DNA of 64,000 bases from Hyaloraphidium curvatum SAG 235-1 (GCA_025558095.1 JAIVFI010000041.1:186001-250000); one strand, 5' to 3'. Positions 1 through 11,483 are shown, counted from the first letter of the stretch. Notes: generated by a model from the sequence alone, not told the origin. A program made the numbers and translations.

Positions 1-1083
1 TACCCGGCCGTCACCGCCAACGGCTGCCGCTCCGGCGCGCTTGCGGGCGGTTGCCGCCGCCACGCCGTCCCGAAACGATGTAGGAAGCTTCTCGTTTCCG
101 GCCCCAATTTCCAGGCGGACAAGCGAGGGGTGTGCCTCAAACATTTCCAGCAGCGAACGACCGCCGCGCTCCCCGATGGGGGTGTAGTTGAGGTCCAGTT
201 CCTCCAGTGTAGTGTTGGCCTCGAGCGACTGGGCGAGGAGCGTCGCGCACACGTCGCCGATGCCTGCGTTCCCGGTCAGATTCAGGTACTTCAGGCGGGT
301 ATTTTCCCGCAGCGCGTCCGCGAGCGGGCGGATGCCGTCCAGGCCGATCGAGTTGGCGTAGAGGCCCAGATGGGTCAGCGCGGGGTCCCAACGCAGCGCG
401 TCGGCAAAGGCCGCCGCGCCGCGGTTGCCAATCGAGTTGTTGTCGATGTTCAGCAGCTCGATCGGGGCGCCGGAGCGGACGGCCGCTGCAACCGCGGCGG
501 CTCCCTCGGCCCGCGCGGCGTTGCCGCCGAAATTGAGCGCGTGCAGAGCGCTCGATTTGAGTAAATCTGCGACGGCGCGGGCGCCCTCGACACCGGCAGC
601 GTTGTCGTGGGCATGGAGCGTTCGCAGCGTGGTGTTCCCCTTGAATGCATCGACAAGGGCACGGAACCCTGCGGGGCCGATGGCATTGTTGTGCACGTGC
701 AGGGTCTCGAGGGCACGGTTGCCCGCCAGCACCGCAGCCAGCGCCTCGGCCCCCTCATCACCCATATCGTTGCCGCCCAGGTTGAGGTCCTTCAGTGTGT
801 CATTGCCCTTCAGCGCGCCCGCAATCGCGCGCACGCCCTCGGGGCCCAGGGACGTGTTGAGCAGGTGCAGGTCCCGCAGGGCCTTGTCGCCGGCCAGCGC
901 CGCGGCGATCGCGCGGCCGCCGTCTGCCCCGAGCTCCTCCTCCGACACGTACACGCCCGGCTGCGCGGAGCGCCCAGCGCGGGCGACTCGCGCACGCCAC
1001 AGCGCCGCCGCGGCCTCGGCGTCCACGGGGAGCGCCGCACCCGCCGCATCGCGGATCGGAGAGTCGGGATTGCCGGCCTCCAT
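1..1083 (-). CDS. RNI-like leucine-rich-repeat protein (NLRC3/LRR_6-like), 3' end beyond window
   Basis: Manual translation from ATG 1083 gives ~28-aa repeats: LRDLHLLNTSLGPEGVRAIAGALKGNDT / LKDLNLGGNDMGDEGAEALAAVLAGNRA / LETLHVHNNAIGPAGFRALVDAFKGNTT. It is absent from the ORF track, consistent with no stop before the window edge. Confidence 0.85.
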   Translation of the reverse strand, partial: MEAGNPDSPIRDAAGAALPVDAEAAAALWRARVARAGRSAQPGVYVSEEELGADGGRAIAAALAGDKALRDLHLLNTSLGPEGVRAIAGALKGNDTLKDLNLGGNDMGDEGAEALAAVLAGNRALETLHVHNNAIGPAGFRALVDAFKGNTTLRTLHAHDNAAGVEGARAVADLLKSSALHALNFGGNAARAEGAAAVAAAVRSGAPIELLNIDNNSIGNRGAAAFADALRWDPALTHLGLYANSIGLDGIRPLADALRENTRLKYLNLTGNAGIGDVCATLLAQSLEANTTLEELDLNYTPIGERGGRSLLEMFEAHPSLVRLEIGAGNEKLPTSFRDGVAAATARKRAGAAAVGGDGRV

Positions 1084-1235
1084 GGTCGACGAGACGGCAC
1101 AGCGGCACGCGGAGGCGCACGGGGCGGGACAGTTGATCGGGGAGGCGGAGTCTCGCGCGATCGACCGCGCGCCATCCCCTCGCGGGCATCGTCCACTGAC
1201 TGCGCCGATTCGCGCTTCTCTATCCTTCGTTGACC

Positions 1236-2090
1236 ATGTCGAACCCCGGTTTCACCAAAACAACCGTGTCCCGGACCGCCGAGGGCGATTCCTTGAAACT
1301 GGACCTGTACCTCCCCTCCCCCCGCCCCCCCGGCGCGCTCCCCTGCGCCCTGCTGCTCCACGGCTTCGGAGGCAACAGGAGCCACCTCTCGGGCCACGCC
1401 GCAAAATTGGCCGCGGACGGGACCGCTGTGCTGTGCCCGGACATGTCCCCGCTCATGAGGTTTCCGCTCGAAAGGTCGCAGCTGAGGAACGTCTCCCAGA
1501 TTATCGACCACGTCGCGTGGCTGTTCGGCCCCGCGAGGCCGGCGGGGGACCTGGACGCGTCGCGGTTCTGGATGGCGGGCCACTCGGCCGGCTTCGCGGT
1601 GCTCTTCGAGGCCGCACTGACCGTCGATCCCGCTCCCTGCGTGCTGGTCGCCCTCGACGGGGTCCCCTGGCCGCGGACCATCGCCCGCGCGCCGGACTTC
1701 GACCCCCGCAAAACTCAGCTCGTCTCGCTGCGGTGCGAGCCCGGCTCGTGGAACCGCAACGGCGAGATGCACCGCGAGATGGTCGGAAAGACGGTCGCCC
1801 CCGCGTGCGGGAAGCTCTCCACCCCGGACGGCCCGCGGTACACCGTGCTGGACGTTTTGTTTCCGGGCAGCCAGCATGGCGACCCCATGGCCGCCCCCGA
1901 TCCGCCCGGGTTCGCGATGAGGGCCATGGGGCTGGTGGGGTTGCCCGGGAGGAAGGAGGGGTTCGCGGCGGTCATCGAGGCGGTTGGGACGGACGTGGCG
2001 GCGGGTGAGGGGGGGCCGGGGAGGGGGCTGCCGAGGACGAGGGCGGCGCTGGGGGGGTTGCAGTGGGCGGTGGTACGGGACCTGCCCTGA
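1236..2090 (+). CDS. alpha/beta hydrolase (chlorophyllase/cutinase-like)
   Basis: LLLHGFGG oxyanion segment, GHSAG nucleophile elbow, ALDGV, and C-terminal QHGD His. Intronless. Confidence 0.8.
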   Translation: MSNPGFTKTTVSRTAEGDSLKLDLYLPSPRPPGALPCALLLHGFGGNRSHLSGHAAKLAADGTAVLCPDMSPLMRFPLERSQLRNVSQIIDHVAWLFGPARPAGDLDASRFWMAGHSAGFAVLFEAALTVDPAPCVLVALDGVPWPRTIARAPDFDPRKTQLVSLRCEPGSWNRNGEMHREMVGKTVAPACGKLSTPDGPRYTVLDVLFPGSQHGDPMAAPDPPGFAMRAMGLVGLPGRKEGFAAVIEAVGTDVAAGEGGPGRGLPRTRAALGGLQWAVVRDLP

Positions 2091-2599
2091 CGGGACCTGC
2101 CCTGAACTGGCCCGGGCGCGATCGGCGAGCTCGGACGGGATGCAAGAGGGCCGGAAACTCGGTCCCGAGCCGTTGTATTGCCCTATGTTGCCGATCCGTG
2201 CGACCGATGCTGTGCCAAAGCCGGGCTTTCGGGTGTTCTGGCCTCCGGGACGCAACGGCACCGAAGTCCGGGAAGGAGCCCCGCGCAACGCCAGCGGCCC
2301 AAACTCCGGCGGCTTGGCCCCGGCTTGCGCGACCGTGCGCAGCGTTGGTCGTTCCCGTAAACGCCCGGCGTTGCCAGACTGCCGGACGCTGTTGTGCGGG
2401 CGCCCGAGATAGCGCCGGCCGCAGAGGGGGACCCTCCGCGAACCCGCGCGCCCTGCGCCACTCGTGATCTCGTTCCGGGGGCCAAACACGCCCGCGGCCG
2501 CCCGGCACGCCGCATCGCAGCGCATCGCGGCTTTCTTTGTCCGCAGCTTTCCGGGCCCGGGGGATTTAAGGCTCGTCGGGGCCACCCAGGCGGGCAGCC

Positions 2600-5000
2600 A
2601 TGGGCGACGGCCACATGCTCTCCGCCGACACGGCGCCCGCCGAGCGCGCGTCGGCGGGGCGGAAGGAGCGCACGGCGTCGCACGGCTCGTCGGGGTCGGA
2701 CGCGGGAAAGCCGCCCAGCCGCCGCGGCTCGTCGCCCGGCCGGAAGGCGAACCCGTTCGCAAAGGCGCTCGACAAGGTCGGCGGGCTCTTCTCAAAGGGC
2801 CGCGCACGGCGGCTGAGCAACGCGTCGGAGTGGTCGCAGAACTCGGCGTCGTCGGCGTCGGCCATCTCGGACCGCAGGCAGTCGATGCAGGCGGACCGCG
2901 ACCGCGGGGCGACCGACCGCGCGATCGCCGCGCTGGCCGCCGAGCTGGACGCCGTGTCGCAGGCCGCGACCCCGGAGGCCGCCCCGCAGCCGGCGCAGCA
3001 GCCCGCTCCCCAACCCGCGGGGCACCCGCCCGCCCTCCGCATCCCCACCATCGCCGTCGACGACCACGCCTCGGACGATTTCCACCCCAACGGCCTGCGC
3101 AGCCCCGACCTCGAGATGCGCATCTCCGCCGAGCCCGCGGAGGACGACTCGGGCTCCGAGGCCTCCTGGAACGAGGAACTCGAGGACCCCGACTCGCCCG
3201 GTTCCGGCCCCGCGGCGGACAAGCGCGGCCGCCGGCGGCGCTCCTCCATCGCCCCGCAGAACCCCCTCAACAGGATCGGCGACTGGATGCGGCGCTTCTC
3301 CGTTTCGCCCGCCGCGGGCCCGCACGCGCCGCGGGGGGTCCCGCGGACCTTCACCGAGCCCGGGAACCACGCCGGCGAGGCGCACGCGGGCGGGATGCAG
3401 ACGCTGCCTCTGCCCCCGATCATGCACCGCTCGCGGAGCGTGGACGACGGGGACGATTACTCGCGGGGGGGCACCGCGACGGAGCCCCGGCCGCGGTCGG
3501 AAAAAGGACTGACGTTCCAGGAGGACGGGGCGCACAAGAAGAAGCGCAAGGAAAAGGACAAGGAGGGCGAGGGCGTTGAACGCCGGCGGTCATCGGTCTT
3601 CTCGTTCCTCTCGGGCGGGGGCAGCGCCACCTCGGAGGACGACAACAAGTCCGCCGGCTCCCTCTTCTCCTTCGGCCGGCGGCGCACCCGCACCGAGGGC
3701 TCCATCTCCATCGCCGCCGCCAGCCCGTTCGCCGAGGTCCCTCTCCCGCCCTTGCTGTTGGCGGGACGGTACAAGGACGCCCGGCAGGTGCTCGACCACG
3801 CGACCGCCGAGGCCGTGCGGCGGCACCTCCCCCGCCGCCTGCGCGAGGCCGTGAGGTGGCCGCTGCTGTACTCGATGGACATGCACGGCACCTCGTTCTC
3901 GTCCTTCTACCTGCTGGTGGAGAACAAGGGGCCCACGGTGTGGGCGATCGAGGACGAGAAGGGGGTGCTGTTCGGGGCGTTCGTGAGCGAGGACGTGAGG
4001 GTGGTGCCGGACGGCAGGGGGTTCTACGGCACCGGCGAGACGTGGGTTGCCTGCTGCGTGCCATCGATCACATCATTGATCCCCCTTTCCCCCCAGCTTC
4101 CTATGGGAACGCCTCACCACCAAGCCCGCATCGTCGCGCGGCGTCTCCCCCGCGCGCGAGTACGCCACCATGCCCGCACACGGCCACGCCAAGTCCCCCG
4201 CCCTCGAACCCTTGCGCGCCGCCACCATCCACGCCGTACACCAGCACCCCGCCCCCGGCGGCTCGCCCTCGCTGGCGCCGAACCTCCTCCACGCCTCGAC
4301 GGCGCCCGCGGGCGGGCGCTCCCCCGCCGCCGGGCCGGGCGCCTCGCCACGGGTCAGGTTCGGGGACGAGCCCGAGGACGAGATGCCGGATATGAAGCTG
4401 CCCTCCTCGTTCGACGACGAGCCCCCCGTCGCAACCCGCGTGGGGACCGACCCCCCTCCTTTGAAACCGGCCGGCATCCTCGCGCGCTCCGACACGGTCG
4501 CCTCCGCCGCCGGGACGCAGCCCTTCCGCGCCTTTTCCCGCTCCGAGAGCGAGCCCGGCGTGGGCCAGGTGCGCATGCACCAGGCCGCGGGCCTGGCGGG
4601 CGAGAGCTTCTTCGTCTCCACGCGGCGGGACTGCATCGTGTTTGGCGGCGGCGCCGCGCACGTGGGCCTGTACCTGGACCGGGATTTCGACGGCGGGTAC
4701 TCGGACGGTCGGTGCACGACCTTCGAGCTCGAAGGCACCCCGCTCGGCTCCGAAGCGGAGGACTTCGCCGGCTTCCTGGGCGGCCGCGCCGATTTCCTCG
4801 TGCACACGGGCGGGGACGAGAACCACCTGCGGCAGTTCACCGTGCGCGGGATCGAGGTCTGGGGGATCGACGAGAACTTTGTCCGCAGGAGCACGGACGT
4901 GCCGCCCGAGGAGATCACGTCAGACGAGGCGAGGGCGATGGGGCTCGGGTTCGGGCGGTGGGTGGAGGGGGACGACAAGTTCGGGGAGATGAAGGACTGA
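2600..5000 (+). CDS. TLDc-domain protein (Oxr1-like), 2 exons
   Basis: LLYSMDMHGTSFSSFY...LFGAFVSE...FYGTGE, then intron 4042-4096 rejoining as TFLW. The C-terminal half reads IVFGGG..GLYLDRDFDGGYSDGRCTTF...FTVRGIEVWGI. Confidence 0.85.
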
Positions 5001-5084
5001 GGATCCGGGGGCGTTTGATCGTTCTTCCTCGTCGATGGAATATCTCATTGCACATCCGACCCAGCACATTGCCCCGGCCGATAA

Positions 5085-6148
5085 TCAGCCCTTGAAGAAC
5101 CCGGTGTCGATCACGTAGCTCTGCCCCGAGACGTAGCTCCCCTCGATGCCCGCGAGCAGCAGGGCGACGTTGGCCACCTCCTCCGGCATGGCGAACCGCT
5201 TGACGTTGAGCGACTGGACCATGGGTTCCAGCTGCGGAATGTGGCTGCCCTTTGCTGCGTCGGCGACCCACCCGACGCTCTGGGTGAGCTCCGTGGCGAT
5301 CAGGCCGGGGTGGATACTGTTCGCTCTGCCGGTAGCAAGAGGGGTCAGCACACCCGGCGGGACCCGCGGAACAGTGCGGGCCCACTTACCGGATCTTGAG
5401 CGCGGACCCGAGGCCGGCGGCGACCTTGGCGACGCCGCGGACGGCCCACTTGGAGCCGAAGTAGCCCATGTTGGGGCCGCTGCCGTCGGCGAACATGCCG
5501 GCGACGGAGGAGGTGATCACAATCGACTGCAGACCGCCCCAAGTGAGCCAGAAGTCCTACAATCGACAATCCGACAGGCGCAGACCTTCCACTCCTCGAC
5601 TTTGTTCTTTGCCATGGACTTGGCGGAGTATTTGAGGCCGATCACCACGCCCATCTCGTTGATCTCCATAATCTTGCGGTACTCAGCCAGGTCCAGCTGG
5701 TCCAGCGTCTCGCCGGGGGCGTGCATCGCGCCGGGGATGCCGGCGTTCAAGCACGACACGTCGAGCGGGCCGAGCTTCTCCTCGATCTGGGAGACGGCGG
5801 AGTCCCACTCGGATTCCTTGGTCACGTCGAGGGGGACGAAGATGGCCGTGCCCTGGCGGAAATGGAGGAACGGCGAACCGTGGGAGAGTTAGGAAGCGGC
5901 GTGGCGTCGAGCAGGGACGGCGCAGGCACGCTCACCGGCCCGTGCGCGTCATTGAGCTGCTTGGCCGCCGCTTCGCCGTGCGATTTCCGAGAGGAGAGGT
6001 CGCTGACCACGACCTTGGCCCCCTCCTTGGCAAAGACGCGGGCCATGGCGAAGCCGATGCCGACGGGGGAGGTGCTCCCGGTGATCAGAGAGACTCGGCC
6101 CTTCCCCGTCGAGGGGTTGACCATTCGGAGGGCGCGGACGGCGGACAT
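5085..6148 (-). CDS. short-chain dehydrogenase/reductase (SDR), multi-exon
   Basis: LITGSTSPVGIGFAMARVFAKEGAKVVVSD, DVT, LNAGI, catalytic YFGSK (YxxxK), NSIHPGLIAT, SYVSGQSYVIDTG. GT-AG introns, e.g. 5935-5853. Confidence 0.9.
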
Positions 6149-6922
6149 GGCGGGCGGTGTCGAGGAGTCGAATGAAAGCAAGTCCGAGGGCGAGGCGGGA
6201 TTGGCGCAGGGGAGACAGAAGTGGCAAGTGAAGGCAAGGAGTCCGAAATCGCCACTCTGCTTAGCCACAAGTTGCGGCGCAGTTTCCGAAGAATGAGTTT
6301 CGACTTTTCGACGCTGGGATCATCGCGATGCTGCTCTGCCGCTTGGTTGTATGGCATTGATGAAGTGCAAGTCGAGTAGATTGCTGCGGCTCTGGAAACG
6401 CTTCTCAAGCTCTCGATCAGGCGCCTCCATCATGGATGACCTCCCAATCTCTTTGCAAGAGCCACCTTCTGAAGGTCTTCCGGAACCAGTTTCCTTGTGG
6501 TTTTGTTTCCTTCTTCGTCAAACTTCCTCCAGAGCTCTCCCTACAGCAATCACCAACCTCCGGTGCCAGTCCAAAACAGCAGGACATCGAGAAAGCCAAA
6601 CGATCAGGCGAGATGTTGTTGAGGTCACGCTACATTTCGCCCGTCATGGACGATCAACAGGCCGCCTCGTCGGCGGGCCGGCGCCGTGTATAGCCAGTGA
6701 CGCGTCAGAACCTGCGACTGTTCACCCCGTTGCCGCGCGTAGAGGCAAGGTGCTGGGGCCGCCGAGAACCTCATCAGCGAGTACCGCTTGAGTGCTTTGC
6801 GTTTAGCCCTGCCGAACGGAAGTAGCCCGATCGACCGCCGCGCTCCTGGCTGAGCCTCCGCCACAGCAGCGCGAAAACGTCCACCTCTCTCCACTGCTCT
6901 GTCCGCGATATCTCCCGCGACA

Positions 6923-8605
6923 ATGCGAGCGCGGGCGTTGATCCTCGCGTCCGTGTCTGCGGCGCTCGCCTGCTCGCCGCCCGCGGCGGCCGGGGGAGGG
7001 TGCCCCTCGGGCGCCCCGCCCGGCCTGCTTGCGGTGTCCTCTTCTGACGGCAGCCCGCCGCGGTACGTGCCCTCGTGTGCCGCGGCCGTCGTGGCGGGCG
7101 ATTGGCCGCCTGCCGCTGTCGCTGCCGATGGCGGGCGGAAGAGGGCGCTGGAGCAGGGATTCGTGTTCGACTTTACGTGCCTTTCCAACGACACGGCGCT
7201 CTGCGACAAGGCGAAAAAGGGCTTCGAGTCCGGTGAGTTGTGACGGTTGTGACGGTTTGACTCAATTGTAGGCCGCGTCTGAGTTCTGAACGCTCCCGTT
7301 TCGCGTTCCACCGATTCCCCTTCTCCCTTCCAATCGATACCTTCCCCGGCTTGCCCTCAAGCCGGCACCAGTATCTCAAAGGCGCTCGCCATCAAGACCG
7401 CCATCACCGTCAACGCGACCATGCGCAGCTTTTGCGGTTCTGCCCCCTCCTCCTCTTCATGCTCGCTCGCCAGTGTTCTCGGTTTCGGCAGACCCACCAA
7501 TGCCTTCGTCTACGGGGCACCCGCCAATTTCTTCACCGTGGCGCAGCCGCATCTGAAGCAGATCGCTACACAGGAGATTCTGGCAAAGCTACCGCTGGCA
7601 GCTTACGACATCGAGGCTGAGTTTAACACCGATTATCCGTGGTACTTTCCTGGCGACGACGGGCCGAGCCCCGATCAGGCAGATTTTGAGACCACCGTCG
7701 TGCATGAGCTGGTGAGAGGCTGCCGCTAAACTAGAGGCGCACCTGACCACGGATCTTACTACCCCGCACAGCTCCACGGTATCGGCTTTCTCGACCTGTA
7801 TGGCGTGTCGGAGCTGCCCGGCCTCGAAGACGTCCTCCTCCCCCCGGTCGACACGGACCCCGACGCCATCTTTACGAGCTTTCCACCTCCAGCGGCCTTT
7901 GCGGCAAACATCTTCTCAACGTCTGGAAGCGAGAGCTGGGTCCGCCTCCAGCGCGTCGTTTCAAATTGGTCCGTCCCGGCCGGCACAAAGATCAGCGACG
8001 TTCCCGCGCTATTCAAGGCCTCTGGTGCGCCCTACGACGCTGCAAAGAAGCTTTACGCTCTGGGAACCTCCGGCCCGAATGTGTTGCAGGTCAAGATTCC
8101 TCGACTCCTGCCCACCTTCCCATCCGGCGGCTCCGCGATTCTCGCGACATTCTCCACGTGGAAACAGGGTTCGTCTGTTTATCATCTGGATCAGTCGTAC
8201 TCGGACCAAAACACCTCGGATTTCCTGATGGCGCCGTCGGCTGGGGTCGGGGAGAGCATGCAGCAGCAGATTGCGGCGAGCGACGAGCCCGACTGGCCCT
8301 ACGCACCGATCGGACCGAGGACGCTGGGGGTTTTGGCGGGCATGGGGTGGCCGACAGTGCTCCGGGAGGTTACAAACGGCACGGGCAGTGCGACGACGGC
8401 GGCCACGGCTACGGCGAGCCAGACGTTAGCACCCACGGCATCTGCGGACGCTGCGACAAGCACCGCTCCCACGGCTTCGCCGTCGGCTTCGGCCTCAACG
8501 ACGCGGCCATCGGCATCTGAACGGATGGGTCGGTGGCGTTCCGGCTGCATGAACGCGCTCTTCGGCGCCCTTGCGCTTGCGACAATGCTTCTTTACGCGT
8601 GGTAA
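6923..8605 (+). CDS. secreted, probably GPI-anchored zinc metalloprotease (metzincin-like), 3 exons
   Basis: Signal peptide. Introns 7233-7361 and 7712-7771 reconstruct HELLHGIGF. Downstream are SSVYHLD and DFLMAP, a Ser/Thr/Ala stalk and a hydrophobic C-terminal tail. Confidence 0.75.
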
Positions 8606-8750
8606 TCTGTGTTACGGATGATGTGTATCGAGTGGGTCCATCTCGTCTTCCCCGGCTTCCGTCGTGGTGTGTGTGGGAAGCCTCGTCATCGGTCGGCCGA
8701 CAAACTCCCATACCTCGTTCAGTCCAGCAGTTGCCCCTCCCCTTGTGACA

Positions 8751-10148
8751 ATGCCCGCCCCCCACGCGCACGCAGGACACGGCGCGGGCCGCGCCAACGA
8801 CTCGTGCGAGCGGTGCGACCGCGCGGTCTCGATGCGGAAGCGGGCCACGGAGGTCGCCTCCCGGGACAAGTCGGAGAAGCGCGCCCGCTCGTGGGCTTCC
8901 GTGGCGGCCCCGGCCTCGGCTGCCTTCGGCGACGCCGTGCGCAGGGCGGTGGCGGCGACGGATGACTGGTCGGCGCGCAAGGCGAATGCTCCGTGGAAGA
9001 AGGTCGTGGCCTCGATGACGGACGCTCGGCTCGATTTCGAGGACGGCGCCGCGCTCGTGCTCGCCGCCGGTGGTCCCAAGTCGCACATGCGCGCCGACAA
9101 GTGGGAGGTCGCGGCCAAGGCCTTCCCCAACATCCTGCTGCCTTTCCCCAAAGCCAGGAGCTGCAAGGATCCCCCCGAGGCGGAAGCCTACGCCGTGTTG
9201 ACCGCAGCCTACGCGGCTGGCTACGAAGATCTCAAGAAGCTGCTCGTCTTCTGGATGCGCCCCGAGGCCAGGTTCGCAGGCAACGTCGGACGCCGCCCCG
9301 ACGACGGAGCTGCCGCCGACACGCTGCTCCCCGGCCCCGGATTTCGCTGCGCCGCATCCGTCGACGGCCCCAAGTCGCAGCTGCCCGGCGTGGCACCGCA
9401 CCAGCTCAAGTCGTTCTTCCACGGACCGATCGCCCTGATCTCGTTCGCCGCCCTCGACGTGCTCGCCGGCTTCGCAGAGTGCCCCGTTCTCGCCCGCAAG
9501 ATGGCCCGCGACCGCGATCTCCTCCGTGCCTGCGCGGACTTCCTGTACGATGGCAGCGTGGGCGTGCGCGTGTCGGGGATGAACTGCTGCCGCACCTGGA
9601 TCCACACCTGCTCCGAGATGCTGCACGATCTCGCGTTCGAGGACTCCAGGGATGTGTTCACTTCGGTGTTCGATGCAGCTGCGCGCGCGGAGGCCGGAGA
9701 GTTCCTCGTTCACGGCCCGATGCCCGATCCCGAGGTCCCCGGCACCCTGCTCGGCGAGCTGGCCGCCGTGATGGAAGGCCACGACGACCACGAAGAAAAC
9801 AAGGACGTGCACGGCACGGTTTCGCGGTTGCTCCAGGTGTGCGATCTCCTCCAACCCGGCAAGGGCTTCGTTTCGTCGAGGGGCGCGGCCCGGAGCGACG
9901 TCGAGGGGTGCAGGCAGTTCGGCCGCAACAACGCGTACCGCTGCTTCGTGTGCGGCGGGCAGGCCGGGCCGGGCAAGAAGCTCGAGAAGTGCGGCCGCTG
10001 CAAGCTCGCTTGGTACTGCAGCAAGACGTGCCAGGTCAAGGGGTACCCCGAGCACAAAGCCGTGTGCCTGGCGGCGCAGGCCAAGGCGAAATCGGCCAAG
10101 GGAAAGGGCGGAGGAGGAGGCGAGGTGGTGATCGGGTCGGCTGCTTGA
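8751..10148 (+). CDS. MYND zinc-finger protein
   Basis: C-terminal CFVC..KKLEKCGRCKLAWYCSKTCQVKGYPEHKAVC. Intronless. Start taken at ATG 8751. Confidence 0.85.
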   Translation: MPAPHAHAGHGAGRANDSCERCDRAVSMRKRATEVASRDKSEKRARSWASVAAPASAAFGDAVRRAVAATDDWSARKANAPWKKVVASMTDARLDFEDGAALVLAAGGPKSHMRADKWEVAAKAFPNILLPFPKARSCKDPPEAEAYAVLTAAYAAGYEDLKKLLVFWMRPEARFAGNVGRRPDDGAAADTLLPGPGFRCAASVDGPKSQLPGVAPHQLKSFFHGPIALISFAALDVLAGFAECPVLARKMARDRDLLRACADFLYDGSVGVRVSGMNCCRTWIHTCSEMLHDLAFEDSRDVFTSVFDAAARAEAGEFLVHGPMPDPEVPGTLLGELAAVMEGHDDHEENKDVHGTVSRLLQVCDLLQPGKGFVSSRGAARSDVEGCRQFGRNNAYRCFVCGGQAGPGKKLEKCGRCKLAWYCSKTCQVKGYPEHKAVCLAAQAKAKSAKGKGGGGGEVVIGSAA

Positions 10149-10280
10149 CCGTGCAGACATCTTTCAGTCTTGGTGCAGAATGTCATCGAGTAGAAGGCGA
10201 AAAATGCAATCACGATCCAATCGATAAACTACGCACAGACGATCCTATCCGCTGCACTCCAGAGCCAACAATGCCCGCGA

Positions 10281-11483
10281 TCACACGAACGACGCCGCCT
10301 GCACCGTGTAGACTGGCGTCGTCTCCCCGCTCGTGAAGTTGAATGTCCCGATCCACACGCCGTCCCTGACGGCGTCCATAGCAAACCGGTTGATCCGGCC
10401 CTTGCAGTTGCCCGAGCATGTGGTGTCCCAGCGGTTGTACACCGCGACGGACTGCAGCGCCCCGTACGAGCAGGGATACTCGGCCCGCAGGGTCGGGCAG
10501 GGGTCCCAGAAGCCGTTGAAAGGCCCCGTCGCCGTGTGGCAGATCTGTCCCGGACCGGTGTTGGTGACGTTGGTCGACTGGTACATGACCGAAGTCAGGT
10601 TTCCGTCGTTGCAGAAACTTCCCGTGAGATCCAGGAACCCGGGCATGAACGAATTGTTCCAGCGAAGAACGGTGGAAAGGGTGATGTTGACGGCGCTGAT
10701 GGGGATCTTGCCTGAGGCCGTGTACAACTCCACTTCGGCCAGGTTGATGGCGGCTTGGGTGACGGGGTACGCCTGGGGCCGAATGAGGACGCTGCATGCG
10801 GAAGGAAGGAGCCCCATGCCGTCGGGGCAGACCTGCGCCCAAGCACGGGGGGTGGGAGCGGCTGCCGTTGTTGTGGGAGCAGCGGCGGTTGTCGTGGGGG
10901 CGGCGGCGGTGGTTGCGGGAGCCGGCCTCGGCAGCCCGTTGCCAACCACGCACCTGCACTGGCCCGACGAGTAATCCGTGTAGAACATTCCCGCCTGCCT
11001 GCGTGCGAGGCTGTGCGCGGGCGACTGGTCGGCGATGGGCATCGCGGCAAACACCGCGCCCGAGCCGAGGCCGATGGCCGGCCTGGCCTTCCACGTTTGT
11101 CGGTAGTCCACGCAAAAGTCCAGCGCGAGCAGCGACTCGCCGGGCGCCAGCGGGCCCTCAAAGTCGGGGCCCGGCGCGACGCTGAAGAGCAGCGCGCCAT
11201 CGGCGCCACGCCGCTCCCCCGAGAGACGCGCGATGCCCGCGGCCTCGGCCAGCACGCCGCCGGCGATCTCGAGCTCGCCATCGAACCACGCCGCCGGCGC
11301 GGACCCGCCGTTTCGCACCACGAGGCCCGCGCACTGCCGCCATGCCTTCCCGCCCTTCGACGGCCGGGGCCCGCCGCGAAGTTCCACCGTCGCGTCCGCC
11401 CACCAGCGGTCGGGCGAAGCCGCGGCGCCGGCAACAGCGAGCAGCAGTGTGGCAGCGCCCGCAAAGAGGGAAGGCAGCGGCAT
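10281..11483 (-). CDS. secreted two-domain protein: CBM/Ig-like N-domain, AAPTTT linker, F-type-lectin/discoidin-like C-domain
   Basis: Signal peptide MPLPSLFAGAATLLLAVAGAAA and linker TTAAAPTTTAAAPTTTAAAPT. C-domain has INLAEVELY, FCNDGN, ICHT and VAVYNRWD..C...C..RI. Confidence 0.7.
   Translation of the reverse strand: MPLPSLFAGAATLLLAVAGAAASPDRWWADATVELRGGPRPSKGGKAWRQCAGLVVRNGGSAPAAWFDGELEIAGGVLAEAAGIARLSGERRGADGALLFSVAPGPDFEGPLAPGESLLALDFCVDYRQTWKARPAIGLGSGAVFAAMPIADQSPAHSLARRQAGMFYTDYSSGQCRCVVGNGLPRPAPATTAAAPTTTAAAPTTTAAAPTPRAWAQVCPDGMGLLPSACSVLIRPQAYPVTQAAINLAEVELYTASGKIPISAVNITLSTVLRWNNSFMPGFLDLTGSFCNDGNLTSVMYQSTNVTNTGPGQICHTATGPFNGFWDPCPTLRAEYPCSYGALQSVAVYNRWDTTCSGNCKGRINRFAMDAVRDGVWIGTFNFTSGETTPVYTVQAASFV

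Noticed and set aside
425-2807. Long overlapping Arg/Ala/Pro-rich ORFs (425-2008 +, 810-2807 -; likewise 8409-10160, 34148-36106, 60087-61607)
   Set aside because: These are shadow ORFs caused by stop-codon scarcity in GC-rich DNA, antisense or off-frame to genes with clear motifs.
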